A DNA stretch of 52,373 bases, filler included, from Squatina squatina (GCA_031763465.1; 3 parts of 3 records of this genome joined end to end with filler, not necessarily neighbours in it); one strand, 5' to 3'. Positions 12,190-23,725 are shown, numbered from the whole stretch's first letter. The notes: generated by a model from the sequence alone, not told the origin. Translations and numbers: made by a program.

Positions 12190-12655
12190 GTTTGCAAGGA
12201 GTGTTGCAGGGGTAAATGGATATGGGTCATTTTAACCTGGGGTGGGGGTAATAACTGTCGGATGATATGGAGAGTGTTTAACTGGTGTGGAAATTACGAT
12301 GAAATGGGCAGAGTATAACTGGGAGATTTACTGTCGGATGATGTGGAGCGGCTTTATCCTGGGGGATTGCACCATTGGATAATGTGGGAATAGTTTAACA
12401 GGGAAGGGTGTTTGACTTGACCTCAGGATGGTGCGGGTGGAATTTAACTTTGGGAGAACCGGTGATAATGGACTGTCGGCTGATGTTTGGAGTGTATAAC
12501 TTTGGGGCGGGGCTGGGCAGTACGATGACGTGGGCAAAGTTTAACTGGGGAATAGTCTTTCAGATGAGGTGGCGAGAGCTCAACCAGCTGGGGCGCTGAG
12601 GAATGGTCTGCAGGATGGTGAGCGAAGAGTTTAACCTGGGATGGATTGAAGGCTG
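12190..12655. repeat. Degenerate tandem repeat of roughly 45 bp, block 3
   Basis: About 10 cores of (A/G)GT(T/A)TAACTGGG alternate with ACTGTCGGATGATGTGG-like segments. Confidence 0.7.
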
Positions 12656-13249
12656 CTATCGATCCCAAAACCTTTATACTCACCCAGTTTTGACCGTGTA
12701 GTGTTCCACCTAAAGTGGTAGGCTGATGCTCATATCGAATTGCAGCTCCTTGCACGCAGATGCAGAGCACGTTGAACTGCTGGCATGGAACTTCCAGATC
12801 CTGTTAGTTGCACACAAAAATGCAAGGCCAGCGAATGTTGTGGGTATGCATGGAAATATTGATATTGCAACTTTCAAAACTGCCAGATGTAAACTGACCC
12901 AGCAGGGAGCAGCAATTACACACCTCTCCCATTCCGACAGGAGACTGCAGGTGAGCTGGGAGTTCACCCATAGCTCCAAACAAATGGAACGCATACCCAC
13001 CATTGGTGACCATGCCACGGGGCAGCAGACCAGCCCCATTGATGCTGAGTCATAGACCTCAGGGGAAGAGCAGGCCGCTGCAACTATGTCTTTATCACAA
13101 AACCCAAAGGGAGCACGTCGGCGCCACTGTGTATGTATCAGAGTCTGCAGGGTAAAGCAGGCTGGTTCTCTGGCCTCTGTATATTGGACCATTGCAGAAA
13201 GTGGATCGGGGAGACTTTGAGGCCAAATGTTGGAAAATCTTCAGTCTTA

Positions 13250-14147
13250 TTATTTAATACCTTTAACAATTAGCAAAAAGGGATATTTCACCAGATTCTT
13301 CAACTGCTCTCTGAACTTAGTCTGGGTTGCCGCATAAATACACGTGTTTGTGCAGCAACTTAGGAGCTGGAGCATGAATCCGATTTCCATTAAAAAGAGA
13401 GGTGGCATTGCAAGTTGATCTCTGAACACTAATGCTCGGTTCCATACAGAATACAGAATAAACATTGACCATAACAGTATGAAATTACCCGAGATAACAA
13501 GCAGTAAAATGATGGATTTCCTTCGGCTCTCCATCCCTGGGTCTCTGGGAATCTCCCCACTGTTGTGTTTTGAAGCCTTCTGCGTGATCTGTTTGCAACT
13601 AAAATGTGTCTGATGGTTAAAGAATTGAACAGCAGAATCTAAACAAATGGGACACATGGTGTTAGAATATAATGAATGAGTTCTATTGCTGCCCATAGCA
13701 TTGAATCAGTAACACTGCCTTCTATACCACAAAACCAGGGGATATTGCCAAGATTATAGAAACCTGTTAATATAAAATACCAGTTAATGTTCTTTAAACA
13801 ACTCAGTACAGTCACTGTTCCGAGAACCACAGTCGCAGTTTTTGCAGTGCAATATTTAGATTTCAGCTTCTGGCAACTAATAGCCACAAATCGATCAAAG
13901 GTGAAAACAACAGTGAACCAGACAGAGCAGTCTGTGATTGCAAAAAGCAGGACAGCCTGGAGTTTACACATGCAGAAAGTATACACGAGCACAAAACTTT
14001 CTCTAAAGCAAATCGGAATCTGCCTCAGTATCAGGTCGATGATAACGACCAGTAGATCCACCACTGCCATAGCCACCAGGTAGCGAGAGACACATTTGGA
14101 GAGACCACACTTTCTATGAGTCAGGATCAAAATCGTCACTAAGTTAA
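13250..14147 (-). pseudogene. GPR139/GPR142-like class A GPCR pseudogene, main exon (TM1 end to C-terminus)
   Basis: The acceptor ttacag is at 14148-14153. The exon reads VNLVTILIL..CGLSKC..YLVAMAVVDLLVV..TDCSVWFTVVFTFDRFVAISCQKLKSKYCT..LTPCVPFV*ILLFNSLTIRHILVANRSRRRL, then a 1-nt frameshift near 13568, then SGEIPRDPGMESRRKSIILLL..FMLQLLSCCTNTCIY. The in-frame TAG is at 13639-13641. Confidence 0.9.
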
Positions 14148-14469
14148 CTGTAAGGAAGGAAAACAAACAGCGAAACTGTCTGTCAGGCTGGGAGAAAAAG
14201 CAGCTGGCGTGACTTTTATATCTTCATTTTTGCATTCAATAATGAAACTGATTATTGAACCTGTAGCAGAGCTTTCTCCGAGTGGCAGAGTATAAATACA
14301 TGGAACCAGGAGTGGATTAGGAAACAAATAAAAGAACGGGCTCAAATCAAGCATAAGAAATAACAACTTCCTCATAAATATGAAACGTCCCACACTCCAA
14401 ATATTTAAGAGGATATTAACAGACTTCAGGAGGACTTTTATCCATGTGCTGCTGCTCCAAATTTCGAAT

Positions 14470-15490
14470 TTTTCCCATTATTGCAAAAGGCGTTTGATAT
14501 AAAACCGTACCTTAGAAATTACCAAATTTAACAACAAGGGCATTAAATTGGTAGTAGCAGCCTGGCTTGCAAATTGGTTATGAAGGAGAAAGTAGATAAT
14601 AGTGGTGAACAGTTGGTTTAAAGACCAGAGGGTTGTAAGTTGCAGTGCTCCCCAGGAGTGGGTATTATGATCATCGCTCTTTTTGATGTATATCATTGAC
14701 CTGCAGTTGGGCATAAAAAGGATAAAGTCAACATTTATAAATGAAAAAACATTTGGAAATGTAGCAAGTAGTTAGGAGGACAATCATAAGCTTCAGAGGA
14801 TCATACACAAGTGAAATGAGCAGAGCGAAGGCAGATGCAATTTAAAACAAAGAAATTCAAGTCACGCAACATGATTCAAGAATGCGGAGAGGAAATATAA
14901 ACTTTGAAGGTGATTGGACAAGGTGAGAAGACTGTTGAGAAAGCATAAGGGAGCCTCAATTTATTAACTGATTCATCGCGTGCAAAAGACCGTACATTAT
15001 GCAAAAGCTTTATAAATCACTGGATAATAAACTCAGCTGGATTATTGTGACCAGAGCACCACTATTTGCAAAGTATTCTACGGCCACAGTGAGAGTGCAG
15101 AGGAGAATTGTTATAATGGTGTCAGGGCGAGGTTAACTTCAGTTACATGGAGAGACTAAAGCAACAAGCTTTGTTCTCCTGAGAGCAGAGAAGGTTACGG
15201 TGAAATTAAATAGAGCGGCTGGAAGTCATGAATGAGTTTAATCGAGTGAATAAGGAGAACCTGTTACAAGTTCCCAAATTTCATTATTCACATATTCAAG
15301 GTAACTGGCAAATAACAAGAGGCGTAATGAGGATTTTATTGTTAACCAGCCAGTTGTTTTGATGCATAATGCCTGAAAGTGTTGTGGAAGCATATTCAAT
15401 TGTAACTCTGACATAGTAATTGGACACATAATTAAGTGGAAATAAATTTCAGGATTATCGGGAAATGATTGGGAAATGTGTCTATTTGGA
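14470..15490 (+). mobile_element. Highly decayed CR1 LINE within the GPCR intron
   Basis: Residual CR1 motifs are visible: ttgcaaaaggcgtttgat (FQKAFD-like), gtgctccccagg (GVPQG-like), actcagctggattattgtg and gagcagagaaggtta. Confidence 0.65.
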
Positions 15491-15499
15491 GGGTAAGGC

Positions 15500-15950
15500 C
15501 ATGGATGGATTTCATTACCAGGATGGATGTGACACTCTGTAGGTCAGTGAGCACAGGGACATTGGTGACCAGGTCTTGGTGTGAGATAGAATACGGGCAG
15601 CAGAGTTTTGGATGCGTTTAAGTTTATGGAGATTCACAGCTGGGAAGCTGGTCAGGAGACTACTGGAGTAGTTGAGTCTCGAAGTATCAAAGGCAGGGAT
15701 GTCAGTTTCAGCAGCAGATGGGCTGAGCCAGGAGTGGAGATCATCGATGTTACGTAAGGCTTGATGATGGAGAGGGTCTGTTTTTGGAAGCTCAACTCAG
15801 AGTCAAATTGAACACCAGCAATTTGTAGTGTCTGGTTCAGCCTCAGACTTTGGCCATGGAAGATGGAGAAGTTGGACAGGAAACTGAGTGTGTGGTGAGG
15901 ACGAAAGATAACTTCCAGTGTTCCCAATTTTGAAGTGACAAGACCAGTGT
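15500..15950 (-). mobile_element. L2-type LINE fragment
   Basis: Minus-strand remnants include GVQFDSELSFQKQ and the AE.LI.AF.TSRLDYS-like region. It is homologous to the copy at 27720-28480. Confidence 0.7.
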
Positions 15951-15969
15951 CACAGTGAAGCATGGATTA

Positions 15970-16320
15970 TCTACCTAATAGCAGGATACAGGAAATTACC
16001 AAGGGCACAAGCAGCAGCAATGTTGAGAGAGAAATTACAAAAATACTTATGCAGTGAAGTCTGCCTTTTCCATCTAATAGCTGGCTTCAGCAATTTACCA
16101 GAGACCCCAACAGCAGCAATGAGAGACAAAATTACAACAAGAGTAACAGTGGTTCGGAGGGAAATAGCTGGATCCATAAACTTATCGTGTACAGCAGCAG
16201 CAGGGAGAGGGCAGTAAATAGCAAGAATAGTAATACAATGAAATGATGATGATCGAATTAATTGCTGGATGTAAAGACTCACCAGGAACCCCAACAGCAG
16301 CGAGGAGCGGATAGTAAAAC
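15970..16320 (-). repeat. Four degenerate tandem copies (about 85-100 bp) of the GPCR exon-1 end plus splice donor
   Basis: Minus translations are YYPLLAAVGVP|Ggtgagt, YCPLPAAAVHD, LSLIAAVGVS|Ggtaaat and SLNIAAACAL|Ggtaatt. Each is followed by a CCAGC(A/T)AT-like motif (plus-strand gctggat/gctggct/gcaggat near 16264, 16168, 16080 and 15981). Confidence 0.75.
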
Positions 16321-16571
16321 TTCTGACTAATCAAAAGAGCTAAATATATCTGAATATTTAATTTGAGACTGTGATAGTTTGCAGAAAGCAATTCGAACTC
16401 CCAGCAAAAACTCCTGCCCACTGGTGTAACATCCCAATCTATTGTTCTCAGATTCTGACCCACCGTTGTCACATTCCAATCTGTTGCAACCGGATTCTGC
16501 CCAACTGTTGTTCCCGGATTCTGACCCATTGTTGTATCATTCCAATCTACTGTTCTCAGATTTTGACTCAT
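16283..16571 (-). pseudogene. Exon 1 of the GPCR pseudogene (N-terminal ectodomain and start of TM1)
   Basis: It reads MSQNLRT...QKFYYPLLAAVGVP then G|gtgagt. The phase-1 donor at 16282 joins the 14147 acceptor to give ...GVP-V-NLV. The start codon is uncertain because the frame is open upstream to 16751. Confidence 0.82.
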
Positions 16572-16612
16572 TGTTTCAATATTCCAATCTATTGTTCTCA
16601 GATTCGGACCTA
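16420..16612 (-). repeat. Coding 42-bp minisatellite (about 4.5 copies) encoding GQNLRTIDWNVTT(M/V)
   Basis: The plus-strand unit attccaatctattgttctcagattctgacccaccgttgtcac is repeated, with one in-frame partial unit. Confidence 0.9.
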
Positions 16613-16839
16613 TCCTCTCCCTGCCTCTGATGCCACTGCTCCCTGTAAGTGTCGGAGATGAGGCTCTCGTTGACAGTAGTGAATAGCAGGTTGACAACCA
16701 TCCCTTATTAATTGAAGAGGGACAGTCTCCAGTGATCCAATTAACATCCATGGAGAATGAGATTAATTCCAGTCACCGAACAAACAGATTCAGTTAACCC
16801 TTTTCAAACCAACAATTTTTGATCACAAAAATGTAGAAC

Positions 16840-17490
16840 ATTTATTAGGACTGGATGGGATGTATCTCGATTGCTGAGGGAAGTAATGTTGGCGATAGTG
16901 GAGGGTATGGCCAGAATACTTAAATCGTCGTTGGATACAGTAGGGGCACATGAGGACTGGAATGCCTTAAATGCTATGCCCTGTTTACTTGGCTGATGTA
17001 TAATGGGCATTATTTCAAAACTTGCACATAACACAAATCTCGGTAATGTAGTAAACAGTGTGGAGGAGAGGAGCCAACATCAGGAGGATGTGGAAATAGA
17101 AAGATTAATGCCGGACCAAATTTAACATGGAGAAGTGTGAAATGATGCATTTTAATGGAAAATTGAGAGGAGTGAATATAACATAAATGAAACAATTTGA
17201 AAAGGAGAGCTGGAGCATTGAGACCCGTGAGATAAAGTACACAAATCTGTAAATGTGGCAGAGCAAGTTAATAAGATTGGTAAAAATGTATAGAGGAACT
17301 TTGGCTTTGTAAAGAGAGGAATGGAGGGGAAAACAATGATGTTATGTTAAACCTTCATATATCACTCAGAGGAAGTGTTGTGTCCTTTCTGGGCAGCAAT
17401 CTTTATGAAGGGTGCGGAAACGATATAGTGGAATGGTTCCAGGGTTGAAGATTGCAGTTAATTAGATAGATTGCATACACTGAAGCTATC
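16840..17490 (+). mobile_element. Decayed CR1 LINE fragments
   Basis: Remnants include ggactggatgggatgtatctcgattgctgagggaagt (GPDG..PRLLREV-like), gaggactgg and aaatttaacatggagaagtgtgaaatgatgcatttt (FN.EKCE.MHF). Confidence 0.65.
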
Positions 17491-17494
17491 TTGT

Positions 17495-18715
17495 ATTCGT
17501 TCCCAGGATGTGGGCCACACTGGTAAGCCCAGCGTTTATTTCCCATCACGAACTGCCCTTGAGAAGAAGGGATTGGCCCGCCTTCTTGTACAGTTGCAGT
17601 CCATGTCGGGAAAATACGCTCATTGTGTGATTATGGAGCGAGTTACATGATTTCGCTGAAATAGTGAGGAGAGATTGTGAATTGCAGGGGAATTACATAG
17701 AGACATAGAAGATAGGAGCAGGAGTAGGCCATTCGACCCTTCGAGCCTGCTCTGCATTTCAATTAGATCATGGCTGATCTTCCATTAAAAATGTGAAAAA
17801 AGCAAATCGGAGAGACTTTGAACAAGCATTTTTATGTGTATTTGCGGTAGAAGACAATAAAAATAGAAATTCTGCACCCTGTCCCTGCTTTCTCCCCATA
17901 TTCCCTGATCCCTTTAGCCTGAAGAATTGGAGGCAGTAGTTTTCCCATGCACCGACTGCTTTTATCCATCTCCCGAGTAGCGTTGATGGGTTTGGGATCT
18001 ACTTTCAAAGGAGCCTTGGTGAGTTGCTGCAATGCATCTTTTAAATGGTATGCACTGTGGCCACGGTGCTCCTCTGGTGGAGGGAGAGACTGCATAATCT
18101 GGTGGATGTGTGGCAAATTAAGGGGGTGGGTTTGTCCTGAATGTGTCGAGCTCCTTGAGTATTGTTAGAGCTGCAGTCAACCAGGCAGGTTGAGTGTATT
18201 CCATCACACTCCTGACTTTTGCCTTGTAGATGGTTGAATGTCTTGGGGAACTCAGCACCTGAGACACTCGGCACACAATATCAGGCTCTGTACTGCCCTT
18301 GTAGCCACAGCATTTAGATGGCTGGTCCAGTTAATTTTCTCGTCAATCGTGATCCCATGGCGGTGATGGTGGGGAATGGTGTAATTGATTGTCATGGGGT
18401 GGTACTCAGCCTCTCTCTTGTTCAAGATAGTCATTGCCTTGCACTTGTCTGGCACGACCATTCCATGCCACTAATCCGCCCAAGCCAGAATGTCACCCAG
18501 CTCTTGCCGCAAGCGGGTATGGACTGCATCATTAACTCTGGAGTAAGGAATGGCGTTGAACATTGTGCAATCATCAGCGAACATCAGCAATTCTGAACTT
18601 GTGATGGAAGGAAGTTCAGTGGTGAAACAGTTTGGGCCGAGGATACTGCCCTGAGGAACTCCTGCATGAAAATTATGGGGCTGTGATGATTTTCATCCAA
18701 CAACTACAACCATCT
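17495..18715 (-). mobile_element. Non-LTR retrotransposon (CR1/L2 group) RT to 3' end, with short CR1 3' tails inserted at about 17697-17920
   Basis: Minus peptides include the MFADD motif (atcagcgaacat near 18575), PDKCKAMTI, GITIDEKINWTSHLN, IQDK..LI and SLHQRSTVATV. Confidence 0.8.
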
Positions 18716-18844
18716 TGGTGAATGTGCTTTGTAATGTAGCCATTACCACCTCTGATTGCCTTGAATCTCTTCTGCCTTCCAGAAAATCACCCCATTATGT
18801 TATCCTTTGTCCTTCCCTCTCCGCTCCCACCCCTTTGCCTGTCA

Positions 18845-18902
18845 GTGCTTTAAAACTTGCTGTATTTCTGGCTTTTTCAGTTCTGACGAAGGGTCATTGA
18901 CC
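18845..18902 (+). mobile_element. Penelope-associated terminal repeat fragment, truncated by the scaffold end
   Basis: The sequence is cagttctgacgaagggtcattgacc. Downstream parts of the same common shark repeat (GACCTGCTGAG..TTTCCAGCATTTT) occur on the minus strand at about 19890-19945, 24615-24700 and 42545-42618. The family assignment is from memory. Confidence 0.5.
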
Positions 18903-19002
18903 NNNNNNNNNNNNNNNNNNNNNNNNNNNNNNNNNNNNNNNNNNNNTTAATTAATTAANNNNNNNNNNNNNNNNNNNNNNNNNNNNNNNNNNNNNNNNNN
19001 NN
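18903..19002. other. Artificial scaffold linker N44-TTAATTAATTAA-N44
   Basis: A 12-mer with stops in all six frames (18947-18958) sits at the centre of exactly 100 positions. Confidence 0.97.
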
Positions 19003-20505
19003 AAATTCAGGAACATGGATTAAAATTAGTCTTGGTGCTATGGGCAGAGATCTCTTCAGTTAGCATGTTGAGTTCTGATTGCTTCCGAGCAGCTGAAATT
19101 GCACACAATCTCTGAAATCAATGTGTTACAGCAGTAACAATAAGATTACATGCAAGGCATCAATTTTATATTGAAACAGGAATACTTTTTCTTCCTGCCA
19201 TATTTTTTTCTTTTGTTGTACAGTCCTACAATAATAGAGGCAGAGCCAGGTCAAACCTGCCTTTATTTCCATCTTCATTGAAAATCTTAGCTTCCTGGGC
19301 ACTGTAATAATGCCCCAAATAAGAAATCCTTAGTACAATTATCTTTCTCAGCCTGTTTTGTTTGAAAAGGAATGCATGCCTATGGTGCTTATTATCTAAA
19401 TGCTGCCTGAGTGACTATGCAAGTTTAATGGATTACAGTGCGATATGTGTACTGCTACGTGTCTTGTTTTGAAAGATTTTTCAGAGAGTTGTATGACTAC
19501 CTGCATTTCCAGCAGACACTGTATCAGCGGGGCCATAATATATGTTAAGTCTCTTGTGCTGGTAAAAGGCTAAACAAGGAGGAGCACGTAAAGAAAATGC
19601 AAATCATGCAGGTGTCTTTCTGCTGCTGTGTTGCATTAAGAAGGCCTTTTTTTCAGTGCATATGTGAGACTAGGTTTTAGGGATTCATTTGACCAGTGAG
19701 CATGTCTTCAATGATTTGTGATTAGAGCGGTGTAGACTAGTTGGTATGTTTGCGGGGCAGAATGCAGGTCTGACCTTTTGAGTTCTCGTGTGCAGTCTAG
19801 CTGGTGCCCAAAGCTGCTTTTGCACTGCCGTGTTCGCCATCACTGTGCAGAGCTCACGCAGCTGGCTCCCACCCCAACATAAACTTAAAACTAAAGCAAA
19901 ATGCTGCTGAAATCTGAAAATGCTGGAAACTCTCAGCATGTCAGGGGGNNNNNNNNNNNNNNNNNNNNNNNNNNNNNNNNNNNNNNNNNNNNNNNNNNNN
20001 NNNNNNNNNNNNNNNNNNNNNNNNNNNNNNNNNNNNNNNNNNNNNNNNGCATATGTAAAGAAGGACCCTCTTGGCTCCGGGTGCATTTCCTTTCTGCTTG
20101 CTCAGGAGAGCAGGTTAAAATTGCAGATGTTGCAATCATGGCAGCTTCCGTACAGATAAGAGCCAGGTTGATTTTACCTGTGCACCCGCCAGGTTTCTGC
20201 TGAGCGAGTAGGGTTAAAATTGCCCCCGATCTACTGTATTTATTGCATTAAAACCACTAAAATCCAATTTACAAATGATCGGATTTGCTGCCAAGTTGGT
20301 CCATTACATGCTGCACAGTAGGCTCCTCTGGAACCAAGATTTATACATAGTGAACTATTAGCATTAGGCAATAATAAATGGATCCACTTATTTTGTAGTA
20401 TATTATGTAGCAACAAAACTTACATTTTAGATTATTTTTGTAATAATATGAATGTGATCTTGTCATTTTTACTTTTTTAAATTCTTTTTAGATCTGTATA
20501 CAGCC

Positions 20506-22031
20506 ATGAGGCTCAAAATGCAACCAAGCTTTTTAACATGGCGCATACCAATGCTGTGGCTTCTTCTGACTCTTGAGCCTCTCAGCAGTACACAAAGCGA
20601 AGAAGAGCTGGTGGTCACAACCAGACAAGGAAAAGTGAAAGGAACTCCGGTAAACGTCCTTTTGGGATCAGTCACTGCTTTCCTGGGCATACCATATGCA
20701 GAACCGCCCATTGCTGAACTTCGATTTAAGAAACCAGAACCTCGAAGATCCTGGTCTGGACTGTGGAATGCAAACAAATATCCAAACACCTGTTACCAGT
20801 ATATAAACAACTCTTCCATTGGTTTCTCCTGGGAAGAAATGTGGAACCCTAACACTAGGCTTAGTGAGGATTGTCTGTATGTTAACCTGTGGGTTCCATC
20901 ACCAAGACCAAAAAAAGCAGCTGTTATGATATGGATCTTTGGTGGGGGCTTTATGTCTGGCACCTCTTCCCTAGCAGTATATGATGGTAGATATCTAGCT
21001 TACATTGAGAATGTAATTGTAGTTTCCATGAACTACAGATTAGGTGCTTTAGGTTTCTTAGCTTTGCCTGGTAGTCGTGAGGTTCCTGGGAATATGGGAT
21101 TATTTGACCAACATTTAGCACTTGAGTGGGTTCAGGATAATATAGCAGCATTTGGAGGGAATCCCAGAAGTGTGACCTTGTTTGGAGAGAGTGCTGGAGC
21201 AGCTTCAATACATCTTCATATTCTTTCGCCAAAAAACCTTTCTCTCTTTACTAGAGCCATAATGCAAAGTGGCTCCTCCAACGCTCCCTGGTCTGTTATA
21301 CAAGATGCTGAGGCAAAACGTAGGGCTACAGTTTTGGCCAGACGTCTTGAATGTCCTTACAGTGATGATACAGAGCTAGTAAGCTGTCTTCGTGGTAAGC
21401 ATCCCCAAGAAATAGTAGACAAGAGTCTAGGAATCTTAACGGGTAATCTTTTGTCTGGGTGTGTTTTTATACCTGTAGTTGATGGGGATTTTCTCACTGG
21501 CCTGCCTGAAGAATTAATGCAAATAAGAAACTTTAAACAAATTCAAATCTTAGCAGGTGTGAACAAAGATGAGGGGAGCTACTTTTTGGTGTATGAAGCT
21601 CCTGGTTTCAAAAAAGATACCGAAAGTCTCATTACTCGTGAAGAATTCCGACAAGGTGTAAGGATGACTTTTCCTGACGCTGGTGATATAGGAGTAGAGG
21701 CTGTTGTTTTCCAATATACAGATTGGACAGATGAGAACAATGCAACAAAGAATCGTGATGCTTTGGTTGATGTGGCTGGAGATCGCAATTTTATATGTCC
21801 ACTTATGCATTTTGCTAATAAGTTTGCTGAATATGGAAATACTGTCTACGTCTATTTGTTTGACCATCATGCATCCAATGCAGATTGGCCAGCATGGATG
21901 GGCGTTATGCATGGTTATGAGATTGAATTCGTGTTTGGAATACCTCTTGACGGATTGCTCAATTACACTATGGCAGAGCAAACACTCAGCAGAAATATGA
22001 TGCACTACTGGGCAAACTTTGCAAAAACTGG
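20506..22031 (+). CDS. BCHE: Butyrylcholinesterase-like cholinesterase, large first coding exon
   Basis: It has a signal peptide, FLGIPYAEPP, EMWNPN..SEDCLY, the GGGF oxyanion hole, FGESAG (Ser), NKDEG (Glu) and WMGVMHGYEIEFVFG (His). It ends NFAKT-GG|gtaagc. The acyl pocket lacks the AChE phenylalanines, and the gene lies upstream of SLITRK3 as human BCHE does. Confidence 0.9.
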
Positions 22032-22244
22032 GTAAGCCATCAGTCTGCACAAGCTAAATGCACCTTGCTTCATGTAAATACAATGTTGCTTTCATTGTTG
22101 CATTTTCCCTCTTTTGTTATGCCATTAGCCTTGTGCTTTAGTGATCATTTCAGCGTCGATTTGCAACACAGAAGCTTATATGAACTTTATAAAAAATCAG
22201 CTGTGCCTAATACAAACTATTCATTATTCAACCTGCATATAAAA

Positions 22245-22720
22245 TCATAAAGATTTACAGCACAGAAGGAGGCCATTCAGTCCATTATGTCTGTGCTGGC
22301 CAAAAATGAGTTATCCAGCATAATCCCACTTTCCAGCTCTTGGTCCTGTAGGTTACTGCACTTCAAATGCATATCCAAGTACTTTTTTTAAAAATACGAT
22401 GAAGGCTTTTGCCTCTAACACCCTTTCAGGCAGTGCATTCCAGACCCCCACCTCCATCTGGGTGAAAATAAATTCTCCTCAACTCTCCTCTAATCCTTTT
22501 ACCAATTACTTTAAATCTATGCCCCTTGGTTATAGACCTCTCTGTGAAGGGAAATAAGTCCTTCCTATCCACTCTATCTAGGACCCTCATAATTTTATAC
22601 ACCACAATTAAATCTCCCCTCAGCCTCCTCTGTTCCAAAGAAAACAGCCCCAGCCTACCCAATCTTGCTTCATCGCTAAAATTCTGTAGTGCTGGCTACA
22701 TCCTCATAAATCTCCTCTGT
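22245..22720 (-). mobile_element. CR1 LINE 3' end (intronic)
   Basis: Minus peptide RLGLFSLEQRRLRGDLIVVYKIMR..TKGHRFK, with a tail resembling that at 1995-2040. Confidence 0.9.
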
Positions 22721-23725
22721 NNNNNNNNNNNNNNNNNNNNNNNNNNNNNNNNNNNNNNNNNNNNNNNNNNNNNNNNNNNNNNNNNNNNNNNNNNNNNNNN
22801 NNNNNNNNNNNNNNNNNNNNCCTAGCAACGCAGCAGCAAAAGATTTATGTTTGCTCTCCCTATTTCTTTTTCCTATTCTAACCTTTTCTTCATAGACTGT
22901 TCTGATTCAGTTTGAAGGCATTTTTTAAAATTATTCACTGACGTTCAGCACTGCTCTTCCATTCTGGAACAAAAATGTATTTTTTCTGAGAAAGTTCAGC
23001 AATCAAGTGTTGGTTGATACTGCTTTGAACAGAAACACCATGACTACCTTAAAACCTGCTTTGTTTAATATTGGCTCTGATTCAAATTTTGTACACCTGC
23101 CACTGGGCATTTCCAATGATGGATGATCAGAAGTGATTGTGTTCTGGCTGTTCTTCACTTCACTTCACCCCACTTGCAGAGGGGAATCACATCAGTTTCA
23201 ATGTAAGAGGTTAATTTGCTCATTGTGCCAATGCTTACCAGTGCCATTTGCTGCAATACCATTTCTCTGCCTTTTCCCCGTACTTTCGGATAATGATTTT
23301 ATTGCCTCTGCCAGTTGACACTCCTGCTCTGGCCAAGGCAGGTCTGAAAACTCAGGCTGTCACCATAATGCCACACTTTTTGTCATCGTGCAGAGTGCAA
23401 ATGTGAGTGAAATTTCAAAATTCAGAATATAAAGATTGATATTGTTGCATCATACATATAACCAGATCAATCCCTCGCACATGAAAGTGGGCTGTGCTAA
23501 CAACTAAACTCACTGGCAGCCCTGGAAGGATTAAGCATTTGAGGCCTCTGCTTTTCAAAACTTTAGCAAAACAGGCAATCCTTCCAACTATTTTGCTAAT
23601 GTTTAGGCAATTACCAGTTCCAATTAAAGTATTGTGGTTGTGCTGAGTTATATTCTACGTGTGCTACTGCTTTTCTCAAAACCGATGGACTCAAATATCA
23701 ATTTTTTCGTATTCTTATTTCAAAG

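Noticed and set aside
12710-13192. Overlapping ORFs of 109-160 aa next to the GPCR pseudogene
   Set aside because: No recognisable domain. It is possibly decayed transposon interior and cannot be supported as a gene.
20506-22031. Calling the cholinesterase ACHE
   Set aside because: It lacks F288, F290, W279 and Y121, and its neighbour is SLITRK3. Both point to BCHE.
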